Shown here: one piece after another, positions 28,101-40,519 of the stretch
Layout of the letters: every line of letters starts with the position of its first letter
Numbering within the stretch: the first letter of the stretch is position 1
DNA from: Auanema rhodensis
Taxonomy: Eukaryota > Animalia > Nematoda
Assembly: GCA_964057225.1 (NCBI GenBank)
Contig: OZ059898.1
Coordinates: forward strand, 7,564,001 to 7,628,000
DNA length: 64,000 bases
Direction of reading: 5' to 3'
Translations under genes and position numbers: made by a program
The notes under the pieces: generated by a model
Seen by the model: only the letters and a program-made list of their open reading frames with translations
Told to the model about the DNA's origin: nothing
Database searches by the model: none

Positions 28101-29982
28101 GAGAAGGTCTTGATACAGTTGCTCATAAACTTACAGAATTTTCAAACCAAAAAGAATTTGATATCGCTTTGAAGGAGCATAAACATGTATTTGTCCTATT
28201 TTGGACGAACGGTATCATCTCTATTCATCTTTAAATATTATTATAATATTTTTTTAGTATTTTCTCTCAGTCTTCATCAATATAACCTTTGGGCTCGTAC
28301 TTCAAATCTTTTTAATCATCGTACAGTTAATCATTCATTACTATAATCATTATTTTTTTAGCATCTGTATTACTTGCTCATGTAAGATGTCATATCAATT
28401 CAGATTTTTGTGAAGGTCTAAAAACTGCTGATTTCAATACAATTGTGGCATATGAGTAAGTAACTGATAAGTTCAAACATTTAATTTATTGTTTTTGTTC
28501 TTTTGACTTTTTGACTGAATTCATCAACATGATTAAGAATGAAATTAATTTTTATTAAATGTTAATGTATACGGACATGAACTTTGAAGTTTTTTTGTGC
28601 AAAACATTGAACTTAGCACAAATCTTCTAATTTTGATTGAAAGGTTGAAATAATTTTATTATTTTCATTACAGAGATGGAGTGAATGTTGGAACAACACA
28701 ACATCTATCAGATGTGAAATATTATCAAAGATGGATCCAATTGTGAGTTATTTTCAAGAATCGTCAATACCAACAATGTTTAGAGTAATAACAAGTCCGT
28801 TCATTGAATTGCAGTCGGAAGATCAATTAAAATCGGCCAAGAAAGGTAACAATATAATAATATTGAGCAAACTCTAGATTTTCAATTTATAAATTTAGGT
28901 CAACTTGAAGGAATTGATGACATATTTTCGATTACTATTGGTGTATTTTCTGATAAGACCAGTACAGAATTTTCCCATTTTAAAATTGCCGCTGAAAAAT
29001 TAAGAGGACGTTATCCACTAGCATTCATTGTCAAGCAAGGGTATTTAACTACCATTTTTTCCTTTTTTGATATTTATCATCAATATCTTAGAGCTCAACC
29101 ATCTTTGTCTTCATATCGTTTGAATGAAAAGAAAAAGCGAGTTGATTACGATGGCAGTTTCGACCCAGCTTCTCTAATTACGTTCATCTCAAACTCTCAA
29201 CTACCTTCAATTGTAAAAAAATATATAAGAACGATAAACTTTTCTTTGTTCAGGTGGATATAACCTCAGGATTCACTACAGATGCTTTATTCCGTCAGAA
29301 TAGAATTATAATATGCCTTCTATCTTCTAAAAACTTCGATAGAGCCGAATACGAAAAATTGGCGGCTAGAGACGAATTGCGCAAATCATACAGCTTCACT
29401 AGGATAACAAGGTTGTTTCATAGTTTTGGTGCACTCCTTAACTTTTCACCAAATTTCAGGGAAGGAGGGACAGCTGTTGATGATACCATTGATAGACTTT
29501 TTATTGAGAATGGAGAAAAACCAACAGTAATCTTGTTTGATAAGGTATGCCACTATCCTAGTCTTCATATTAATTTTGTTACAGGATAGAGTCTTCTTCC
29601 TAACACTTACTAGCGAGACAACATCTGAAAACATCCTCACGTGGGCGCAGCAGACCCATCAGAAGGAACCTGAACGTAGTTATGCAAATATAACATTCAA
29701 AAAAGGAACTAATTTCAGTTGAACTATCTCTTAAGGACGTCCACCCCTTACGCTTGCTTCAAGTTGGGCATGTTAATGATCTTTTCGGCAAACAAAACAC
29801 TGTTCTTCTACCCGACCACACATTATTCAAAGACATGGTAGGAAATACTTCGGACTTTATACTAGTAATATATACATAAACAGCCGCCCTCTCATCCATC
29901 TATTGACTTCCGCTCAGCTGGAACTGGAGGATGTCCATTTATGGCAGGTGGTGGTGGAGGAGCATCACATGATGAGTTATAA
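25131..29982 (+). CDS. ER-resident multi-thioredoxin-fold (PDI family / TXNDC16-like) protein, no CxxC seen, C-terminal HDEL; 5' exon uncertain
   Basis: Exons from 25928 to 29982 splice in frame: [71 protein letters not shown] and [21 protein letters not shown] at 29980-29982. A hydrophobic ORF from ATG 25131 can join through the phase-2 donor at ~25303. The start and the 27222-27859 join are the least certain parts. Confidence 0.75.
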
Positions 29983-30875
29983 AAACAATTGATTTCATAC
30001 TGGCTATATTGGCAAAGTAAAACGGGAATAATTTAATTATTCATTAAATATCTTTTGACACCAATTAAATAAAGAAAACCGCATATCTGTAACCACAATG
30101 AAGATCTCTTATAAAGAACAAAGAATTAGCATTTGCATACACATGGTAGATAAAGAATAGTTGGGAGATGACTAACAAAGAGATCACAGCCAACTTAAGC
30201 AACTACCACTACGAGTTCATGACAATACTACAGACTTATTACAATTGGAATCAATAGTCGGAGATCTCTCACATTAACACGGGACTAACGTCATTCACAT
30301 ATGATAAATCTTAAATAAATCGTGAGGATGAAGGTGAGTAAAAGACTGTTTACAATACAAAAATTTTACATCTATAAAAATAACCGGCTGTCTGACTAAC
30401 CTACTATATAAACCGAGTTGAACTCAATATAGCATTGTCATAAAACATACTGAAATAATGATACCTGAACAGCGAATACGAAGTATATTTCCTATGATAC
30501 ATTATACCCGAGAGAAAGGCACAAAACGGAAGTTTGTACGTAGAGAACACTGAAAAACGTTTATTTAAAAAATTGAGTAATAAACTCTGTTAGTACTCAT
30601 AGTATTGTAATTAAGAACTGTATACACGACTTCTACCAACTTAGATTCACGGAATAAAGTTATTTCATATAAATTCAAGTCACAAAGATAATTATTTTAA
30701 TATTAATCAAAGAAAAGAAATAACAATATTCCTTTGATTTCAAATGGTCAAGACGACTTCGTAGATTACAGTATACGAACTTCATATCCGAGCCTTACCG
30801 TTAGAACATCAATAAGACTCGGAATAGCAGAAAATTAATCTTAATAAAAACAAAAAAAAACTAACTGACCCCTAA

Positions 30876-33800
30876 TCATCCAATATACGCCCGTTGGAAA
30901 TCATTAGCACCAAAGCCGACATTGCATTTCGGACATTTACGTTGTCGTGTGTCATACCTAAGAAATTCAGTAAACCATCAAAAAAATATATTTGATCGAC
31001 TTACCTTGTTTTTATGCACTCAAGACAGAAAACATGGAAACATTTAGTTAAAATAGCGTCTTTACGATTTACTTTACAAGATGGACATGTGAGAATTTCC
31101 TGTAAAACTTAAAATAAATTTAGCAATACAAAAAAACACACTTTAAGCTCTTTGATTTCTTCTAATAGAACAGCATCCGCACTTCCAAGTTTTTCACTCT
31201 TCTGAGACATTTTTAACTTTTTCTTTAAAACAGCCTTTTCTTCTTCTAATCGTCTAGCTTTTTGCATATTAATTTCGTGCTGTTCTGCTTTAGATAGAAC
31301 AGCTTCTTGTAAAAATTTCAGTTGCTCTGTCAACTTTTCATTCGTAGTTGACGAACTGTCAGTTTTCATGGATAATTCCATAACTTGCTTACGTAGCGTT
31401 TCCAAAGTTTTGTTTAGTATTCTGCAATAAAGGAAGTCTTTACTACTCCGCAACGTAAGAAACATACGCATTTTCTTTCGTTTTCACAGCAATTGACTCT
31501 TTTGCTAAAAGAAGACTCTCCTTTACATGTAAATGTTCGCAATTTTGGGCCATCATTTGACGGTTAATATTATGTACTTGGGTTTCGAAAAGAACCTGAG
31601 TGAACAAAATCATGATTATTACAAAAACCAAAAACATACTTTCTCTTCTTTCAGTTTTTGCTGAACCTGAGTGCTCGATATTCGATCACCCATCATTTTC
31701 ATCTTTTCTTGTTCGAGGTACTGCTTTTGTTTCATTAGCGATCCGTTTTGTTCTTGCAATTCCTCTAGGGCCTTAATAGCAAAATACAAAAAGAACGCTT
31801 TTAAATGCCCTTACTTGACCAATAGACTCCAGCTCCTGATTTAAAGCTCCTTCAGCATTCAATAACTCGTTACGTTCTCTGGTTAGAGCCGTTATTTCCA
31901 AATCTTTAGCATTAATTTGTTTTTGATACTCCGCCTATAGATACGTGAAATAAATTTAGCATACAAAAAAATACTTGCCTCAAAGAATCGTAACTTGTCT
32001 TTCTTATCCATTTTCATAAGCTTGTTAATATGACGAGACAATTTTTCATTTTCAGCTCTAAAGCGGCGCTCACGAGAAAGAATCTTCAGAAAAAATATTA
32101 CTTAATACTCTGTTAAAAATATTACCTCGGCTTTCTCCCTAAGTTCCCCTTCAATGTGTTTGAAACCATCGATTAGAGCCTCCAACTCTTTTATTCTTTC
32201 TTTGGGGGATCTGAAACTAAACCACTTTAAAACAAGTTTATACAGTAGCAAATATTACCTATCCTCGTGATCTTTGCCATCACCACTTGGATCATCCGAT
32301 TCATCAATCTCGATAAGAATGCATTTAGAAATTCTTTGACGTTCAGTATCAAGCTCTTTTTGCAACTAAAATACCACAACAGAACGTGGAGAATGATACA
32401 TGAAATGCAACAAACCTTATTAATATGGTTATTAGCTTCCCGCAGTTTTTTAGATAGACGAGCACTTTCAGATTTAAGCTGAGCGTTTTGAGCTTTGGTA
32501 GAACCATATAAGAGTTTATAATCGTTCGCTCGATTGTCCTATGCAATAAGAGAATCAAACAGTGCAGAAAAAAACACTAACCTGGCCACTTGCATTCGCC
32601 AATGACTGTTCATACTCCATCTTTAGAATGTCATACTCCTTTCTAACCTGATTGTTATCGTTATTAATTTTTTCACTGGATGATATAACTTTGCGTAAAG
32701 CTAATTGTTCTTCCTTCTGAACGTCACAAATAAATGTTAAAAAATAATAATATAATACCTTCATGTCCTCCACTACTACAAACATTTCCTGTCTTATTAA
32801 CTCTCGTTCTTCTACAGCTGTTTCGTAGTCTTTTCTTTAAAATGTATAATTACATTATAATATTATACTATTAATAAATACCTGTAGCGCGTAACTTCAT
32901 CCACAGCCAAAGAGAAGAACTTCATCAGGTCTTCATATTCTTTGCTACTTCTACATTTTTCAACGGATAATTGTTTAGCCTAAAACAAAAAATAGATTTT
33001 TATTATGGTAACAATTAAAACCTCTATCTTAGCTAGTTCTAAATCTTGAACGTATTTAAGAATTCGTTCATTTAAATCCTTAATTTCGCCTAATCTAGCA
33101 GCTGCTAATTCTCTCTGTTGTTCTAATTCCACTCGGAGAGCATCCGCCTGAAGAATTGCATACATAAAAAATATTAAGAAAAAACTACATACTTCTTGGG
33201 AGTTTGGTTCACCAGTTGATAAACCATTCGTTACAACACCATTCTGTGGCTTACTTTCATGTGCAGCTGCAGCTATTAGTTTTTGTTGATCCTAAACATC
33301 ATAATTTAACAGAGAACATAATTAGAATCATTCTTACTTTTACCGTTGTGTACAGTCTATAGTCCAGCTTATTGACTTGTCTACGGGCTTTATCCAGTTC
33401 AAACTCTTTATCAGCTTTCTCTTGAATAAGTTCTTCGTTTCTAGTTTTTAACTGTTCAATGGTATCTTCAGCCTCCCGGGCCTAAATTATAGCAAAATGT
33501 ACAAAAAAAAGTTTTGATGAAAAATACTTTTAACTGAGCAGTTGACAGCATTTTTTGCATGCGATAACAGTCTTTGGTGAGACGCGAATTTTCATCACTT
33601 AGGGTTGAATTAAGATGAACTAGCTCGTTTAACCGATCGTCTCGTGAATCTGTGTTACTATCTAAAAATAAAAACATAAATCTGAATTAAACCAATAACA
33701 GACCATCTATATGCGATAGCATACGTTTACTAAGGGATTTATATTGTTCTGCGTTTTTACAAGCTATACTCATTATTTGATTTAGCAATTGAATACTTAA

Positions 33801-34517
33801 ATAGACAGAATAAAATTGAATGAAAGGACGAATTTAGTCACCTTGTTTGTACACGTTTATCATAAACAGCTTGCCGCTCCTGTTCATTCATCTGCACCAC
33901 ATCTTCAAGAAACTGAGCAGATGATTCTCCATGAACAGAGCTAGATTTTAAAAGTTCATTTACATCATGGGCATTTGAGCCCCTCATAACAATAAAACGC
34001 ATTTGCTCATCGAGCTAAAAAATAATGAGAAAAGAATAAAAATAAATTGGATTTATCAATGCTTACATTATTCCAATGACGATTAATAGTGCAACTGGTA
34101 TTTTCATCAGTAGTTTGGCGCTGCCGCAACCTCTCAATTTCTCTCTCCTTTTGGTCTAATACCTAAAACAAATTTTGTTAATGTTTCACGAAGAGGCAAC
34201 TACTACCTTATTTTTATAGCGGACAGTTTCAGATAACTTATATACTTGAACACGGGCAGCTTTATCGTCAATTTCGTTCTGAATACATTGAAAAATATAT
34301 AAAAAAATATTACAAATAAATATAAAAAAATATAGATAAGTAAATTATATAATATTATTTAATATAACAAACAAACCGTTGAATGAATTGAGAGGAGTCG
34401 CATTGATTCAAATTGAACAAGCCTTCTTTTTTTTGCTGCTACTTCCTCATAACCTGTTTGAGAATCATCAGGATCATCAGAGCCTTCGCTCTGATTAGGC
34501 GAAAGGCGTTTGGCCAT
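30876..34517 (-). CDS. rfp-1: BRE1/RNF20-family H2B E3 ubiquitin ligase
   Basis: Long coiled coil with a C-terminal RING ([50 protein letters not shown]). ATG at 34517, TGA at 30876-30878. One GC-AG intron (31935-31978). Confidence 0.95.
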
Positions 34518-34887
34518 GCCTTTCTTATCCCTTCGCTGAAAAGCGTTATATTCAAACTTGCAGCGTGCTTTGGGAAGAGCCTAAGGAAAAAGAATACATG
34601 GACATATATCTATGTGTATATATAAATTATTAGAGGATATAAAGAAGTTAAATTTGTTTTAATTTGAAAGTTAAATCTGAGATATACAGGCAAAAACATC
34701 ATTTTTCAGGAAAAAAATCTTTGAAAACAATCGGAAAACACAGCGGCCGCCGCTACGGCAGCCGCTCGCTCTAAATTATTCGAACAAGCGTTGCGGGACC
34801 ATTTACGTCACTGGACCTTCTAGGTCGAATTTGAATAAAAGTTTAATTTCAACACAAATTCCATCTTTCTTTTTGAGCATTTTTCAG
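34518..34887. promoter_or_regulatory. Putative bidirectional promoter between rfp-1 and the RRM gene, with a trans-splice acceptor at 34881-34887
   Basis: Head-to-head ATGs 380 nt apart. GC-rich island cagcggccgccgctacggcagccgctcgc at 34741-34769; TTTTCAG 10 nt before ATG 34898. Confidence 0.6.
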
Positions 34888-34897
34888 AAGTAGTACA

Positions 34898-36043
34898 ATG
34901 GAAAGAAGAGTGTTTGTAAGTGGTATTGGCTTTGATATTACAGAAAATGAACTTCGTTCATATTTTGAAAAGTACGGTCCGATGACTGAGTTTAAACTTC
35001 TACGTGATAGAAATGGTATTAAATTTTCAAATATTGTGAAAGAGCTGTCGTTTAGGAGATAGCAGGGGTCTTGCATTTGTTTCTTTTCAAAAGGAAATTT
35101 CACTTTATAAATGTGTCAATGAAGTATCTCATAGAATTGGAGAAAGATCTCTATCAATCAAAACATGTGATGAGCAGGTATGTAAATATGGTTTTTCCAA
35201 GAAACTATATATTGTACAGGTTACCGTTTCGGGTATACCTTCAAAGCGACTATATGTTTCTTTGTTAAATCTTCCGGATATATCAGAAGATATAATTAGA
35301 GGATGGTTTACCGATTGTGGCCAGGTGCACAGTGTTTCCTTCTCTCCGGTGAGCCAGAGTTAATAAAATTTAATAGTAACATATTCTAGGATGATCTTAA
35401 ATCATATTGTATTGTAACGTTCACCTCAGAAGAAGCTGTGGATCGTTCTTTAACTAAATTGTATACAATTAAGGGAAAGTAATTACTATTTGAATTAAAA
35501 GGAAATATTTTCTTGTTTGCTTTAAGACCATTATTTACGCGAAAAGCGATTCGACGAGAAGATGTAAAAAAGGCAGACCAGTGGGAAAAGGAAAGGGCAG
35601 CTCGAGAAGAAAAAGTTACACATTTTTTTTCTCCTGAATAATATTCAATAATTTTAGCTAAAAAGTAATCCTGGATATCAATATATGGCTGCTCGGCAGT
35701 TTCAAGACTCCAACTATTATTCTGCTATGCCGTCACTACTTGGAAGCAGTTCAACTGCTGCACAGCCCCAACTTGTTCAGCAAACGTATGATGCTCAGAC
35801 ATTTAATTCTTGTATGTTTACTGTTTTTTGTTTTTTTTTATGTAAAAAAAAATATTTTAAGATGATGAAAGTACTAAAAATAATATGTACAATGTCGTAC
35901 GAGACCAGGCTAATCATCAACGAGCATATCAGTACCAAGCATCTTCTTCATCCTCAGGTGAATGAGTGAGATAGTAGTTTATAAAAAATATTTTTTTAGG
36001 CTCTAATGTAGCTAAAGACTTGACTAAGTATGGATACTATTAA
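34898..36043 (+). CDS. Two-RRM RNA-binding protein (hnRNP A/Musashi-like layout) with a Q/S/Y-rich tail
   Basis: RNP2 VFVSGI and RNP1 RGLAFVSF; second RRM LYVSLL...YCIVTF. 8 exons with GT-AG introns; TAA at 36041-36043. Confidence 0.85.
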
Positions 36044-36202
36044 TTCACGGAACATCATGTTAAATGTCAGTAAATGTTTTTTTTTGAATACGGGTCGTTT
36101 ATTTGTAAAATATATTTATTCTTCATTAGTTGCTATCTTATAGTACAAGCCTATTTTATACTTATTTGACATATTACACTAACAGTTACCCATATTTTGT
36201 AG
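36044..36202 (+). promoter_or_regulatory. Operon-like intercistronic spacer (RRM gene to TRMT44) with an acceptor abutting the ATG
   Basis: Same strand, 159-nt U-rich gap, TTTTGTAG|ATG. Confidence 0.6.
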
Positions 36203-38502
36203 ATGGATTTGATTTCTTGGAGAACAGTTGCAGAAAACACTATTGAATATTCTGTAGGAATAGATCATTGCGCTTATTTTTCTAAGGTAATGAGTAATTA
36301 GCTCTATAAATTAATATGAAGGTTCAGTTAATATCTATATGGAAATCACAATGCCAATCGGTCAATCGTAGGCTTGCTTCTTCCGTTCTAGTTCTCAACA
36401 ATTCAGATGAGTACAATGACGTTATGAATATGGTGAACAAAGATCTTTTGAGATTATTATCAGGTAGTCTCTTTCAATATTCTGTGATTGTATTAGCTTA
36501 TAGAAAAACTAATTGATGTTGATATTCGAAAACTCATTCCACGAACCAATCTTTTCTCAGAAAGATGTTATGAAGTTTCCTTTGAGGATGTTGCAACTGA
36601 TGCGGGTGCGGGATCAAAATATATTAATATTAGAAGATATTATTCAGATAAGCTTGGTCATGTTTTTTATCCTGTTCAGATGGATCCTCTAGGATCTGAT
36701 TATCGGCATTCACATATCCCATACCCGTATAGAGTATCGATTACAGTTTTGTCCGAATCCAGGTATTCCATTTGTTTTTCACCACTTTTTAAATATTTAT
36801 TTGTAGCATGAGATTCAATTTATCAGTTCCTATAGATGCATCTGATACTTCGATGTACTGGTTAATTAATACTGCTTATCCTGCCTTGAAGAAATGGTTA
36901 GAAAAGCTTGATTTAACCAAAGAATCCACACCCTCGAATAGGTGACATCAATTGTTTTTTTTCTTTGGAAATTAAATGCTTTCAGACTTCTTTCAGCTGA
37001 AAGGTATTCTTTACGCTATAGAAAAATAAAGGAAGAGAAGGGACGTGGCATAGCAGAGGCATTGCTGATTTTTTTCAACATATATTTAAAAATATAGTTT
37101 TAAGAAGTGGACAGAAAAAACAGATCCGCATAAATTTGTGTACGAAGATTGTGGCATAGCTACTTATATATTAGTAGGTTTTTGTATTATACACATTTGA
37201 TAAGTGGTTTTTTTTAAAGGAGACCTGGGAGAGATTGGGGAAAAAACCTAAGATGTTTGCTGATCTAGGTTGTGGTAATGGTTTGTTAGTCCATCTTTTA
37301 AATGAGGAAGGAGCGCCGGGTATTGGCTTGGATGTTCGAAGTCGTAAAATATGGTCGTCTCTTTTTTCCAATGCTGACCTGAGGTTAATAGAAAACCAAA
37401 GTTGTTATCCTTACGTTTTGTAAATAGGACAGTCACCATTGATCCCACATTATCTGACACCGGTATACCAGATCATGTTGACTATTTGATAGGGAATCAC
37501 AGTGATGAGCTTACTCCTTGGATTCCAATAATGGCGGCTAAGTTTGTCATTAAATATATGTGTGTTTAATTTAATAAGTTTCAGAAAAAAGTGTGATTTC
37601 ATTCTTATTCCTTGTTGTCCTTTTGATTTTTATGGAAAATATAATCTTCGAACGGGGGATGTAGGAAGCAGGTTTTGTTTTAAACATTTTCTTACTGTGA
37701 AATAAATGTATATTCTAGTTATTCATCTTTTCTAAATTTTGTAGAAGATGTTTGCCGAAATCTAGGCTTTATAGTTGAAACGGATCGATTAAGTATTCCA
37801 AGCACAAAAAGAGTGAATATTTTGATACTACAAAAAATTTAATTATATTTTCACAATTCAGATATGCTATGTATGCACTGTTCCACCGGAAGGTCTACCT
37901 CATGATATTGATGATATTATTTCATGCTTAACAAAAGTTAAGGAAGGACAAACACGAAGCTCTTTTGTAAAAAGATGTGTACAAGAAGAGGTACAATTTT
38001 GAATTTATCTTTTTATTTTTTAAATGCTTTCATGGTTTAAGGTTCGTAACTGTTCTCATATTGACAGTGTTACGCGAACACATATCATAAAATTAGTGTT
38101 TGATTTGTTGCTAACATCTAGTGAGGAAAGAATTAAGTAAGTTTCGAACTAATACTGAACTTTAATTGAAATTTTAGCGGTTGGCGTTGTGGAGCTAAAC
38201 TACCACTAGGAGAAATCATCAAGAAGATAAGCCCAGAGCATAGAGCTCTTATGAAACAGCAAGATGGAGGTTTACAAACATTTTTAAAAAACCAATATCA
38301 AACATTCATGGTACCCTCTTATATCTGAAGTTCACTAACCATTAATACGTTTAAGGTAATAGGTGGAATAGTGATGATTCGTGATTGGAGAATTATAAAG
38401 AAATCTTTGCCAAACAAACTTCCAACGACTCCTTGTTGGATGCTATCTAACCATCCTGATGGTTGCCCTTATAAGAGTGAGTGCCGTTTCAAACACTCTT
38501 GA
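36203..38502 (+). CDS. tRNA (uracil-O(2')-)-methyltransferase TRMT44/Trm44
   Basis: WTEKTDPHKFVYEDCGIATY, FADLGCGNGLLVHLLNEEG, GLDVRSRKIW, LIGNHSDELTPWIP, LIPCCPFDF, DRLSIPSTKR and a C-terminal CW..HPDGCP..CRFKH. One GC-AG intron (37059-37104). Confidence 0.93.
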
Positions 38503-40519
38503 GTAAAAAATTTTTATTGTTATATTTTTTGTTTTGTTTTATTAAATCTATTTTTGATTTTCTTTTTTAATAATTGGCTTGCTATGCTGTACATATCTGA
38601 ATTATCTACCATTTGTTCTTTTCGACCGTCTTAAAAATTGAATCGAATGTTCTATTGTTATCTGTAAAAAAAAAGTAACTTGTGAGTTTTATTTTTCATA
38701 ACTGTATTTGATTACATCTGCCTTTTCTGGATAAACCTTCTTTTTTTTAATTTTCCAAGAAGGTTTTGTGAATTAAATTCTGATAGCGAATCTTAATGAC
38801 CTGTAGTTGACTAGGTGTATTGCTCCTAACTTTTTATTATAGAATTAATTTGATTAGATTTTTTCGTTTTCTCATCCGTTTACATCCTTTACCATACGAT
38901 GCGGCAGACGGTGATCAGAATGACATTTTCTCGATCTGTCAAAAACAATGAGTATCGCAAACACTCCGATACCTACACTTTTGTATAGTTTTTCTGAAAT
39001 TTAAGAAATTATAGATTGTTAATTTTAGATAAATTTTTATAATAATTTTAGAAAGCCCATTCCTTACAAATATTTTAAACAATTTAATATTCGAGTGATA
39101 ATTTGAGAATTTTATTTTATCAACTTGCAGTAAAAATTGTTCCTTATATTCAGATATGATATTATCATTAGCGTGATAGACATTGAATTTCAATGTAATA
39201 TGTATATTAAAATATTCAATTTATCTACGAAATTCGAATACAAAAATCTACTTCGTAACATAAACATTGTTGCAATCTATTATACTAGCACATTTAATAA
39301 TACTTTTAGTCCCTTAATTTTTAAGTTTGGGAATATGCGAAATGTAAACTGAAAATCTGCTCCATCTAGGCACACGTGCGTAGTGGCGATGCGTTGCGGT
39401 AAAAAAAATTGGAGCCTCTCAAACGCTTTGTATGTGGCTAGAGTATCTGGCTGCTGTATTGCTGTTGTTAACTGCTGTTCAGCTTCGCTCTAGTTCTCTC
39501 TCGATTTGCCTTATTATTTTCATTTCTCTAACATCTTTGCATACTCTAGCAATCTTCTTCACTCTCCGTTGGTCGACCGCCTCGCGCACTGCTAGATATA
39601 CTGAGGCTAGACACTGTTCTGCAGCCGGAGTAGCAGAGTATCGCTGAGCGTTGCGATGGGCGGTCCTCAGACTACCCGACAAACCCCCATCTGGTGGGGT
39701 CAGGACTACTACCCAACGCCGACTACTGGCTGAATAATTACTGGATTGACCATTCCAGGTTTGGCCACAGGCTTGCCACATATTCCATAAATCATTAAAA
39801 TATCTAAGATTCAAAAAATCGATTCTAACTTCCACGCGTCATAATTCAATTGAGTGTTTTCGTTCATATTAGTCATCAGACTAAAAATGTTTAGTGTTAA
39901 CATTTTCTAATTTATCCATTCTTTCAAACCTATTTCAAATACACAACTACTTTTTAAAATTCCTAACTATTTCAGCATATATTTTTTTATCAAGAAATAT
40001 CTTTGATTATTTTTCTAATAGCTGCTGCTATTCAAATTGGATATAGCAATATTGTTTTTTTCCATTTTATTTCTTCGTTATTTATTTTAAATATTACTAA
40101 TTATAATCTAAAGACTGGCAATGCAAGTTGTATTACACTTATTGCACAAACTGCCCCGCGCTTGATTTGATCTGAATTTGATATGCTATTCTGATAATCA
40201 ATATCGGGATTTACATTGATATAGATAGATATTTATTTGTATGTTTATTTCAAATCTGAATATATCTAGTAATGTTCAATTGGATGTGTTCCATCACCCC
40301 TAAGCGAGGTCTCTGTGCGAACACCATTGGAAATCCACCCGGCTCGATACTGCTTCTGCCTAGGATCAATAATGTCATTTTGCAATAGTCTGAATGCCCT
40401 TCTCAATCCTTTATGCTCTAACCATCTGATAGTTTTGTGTCTTATTCCGTTCCGTTCAGTAGTTCAATTCAATTTGTTATTATAATGTTTCAGAGATCTA
40501 ACGGGTAAGAAAGACGACC

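Noticed and set aside
38869-38930. Hairpin plus ACA downstream of TRMT44
   Set aside because: No H box or convincing 5' hairpin; short stems could be chance.
39600-39700. RNase P/MRP RNA (TCAGACTAC / GTCTGAG words)
   Set aside because: Only one half of P4 is present on either strand, with no GGAAxxTC CR-I partner.
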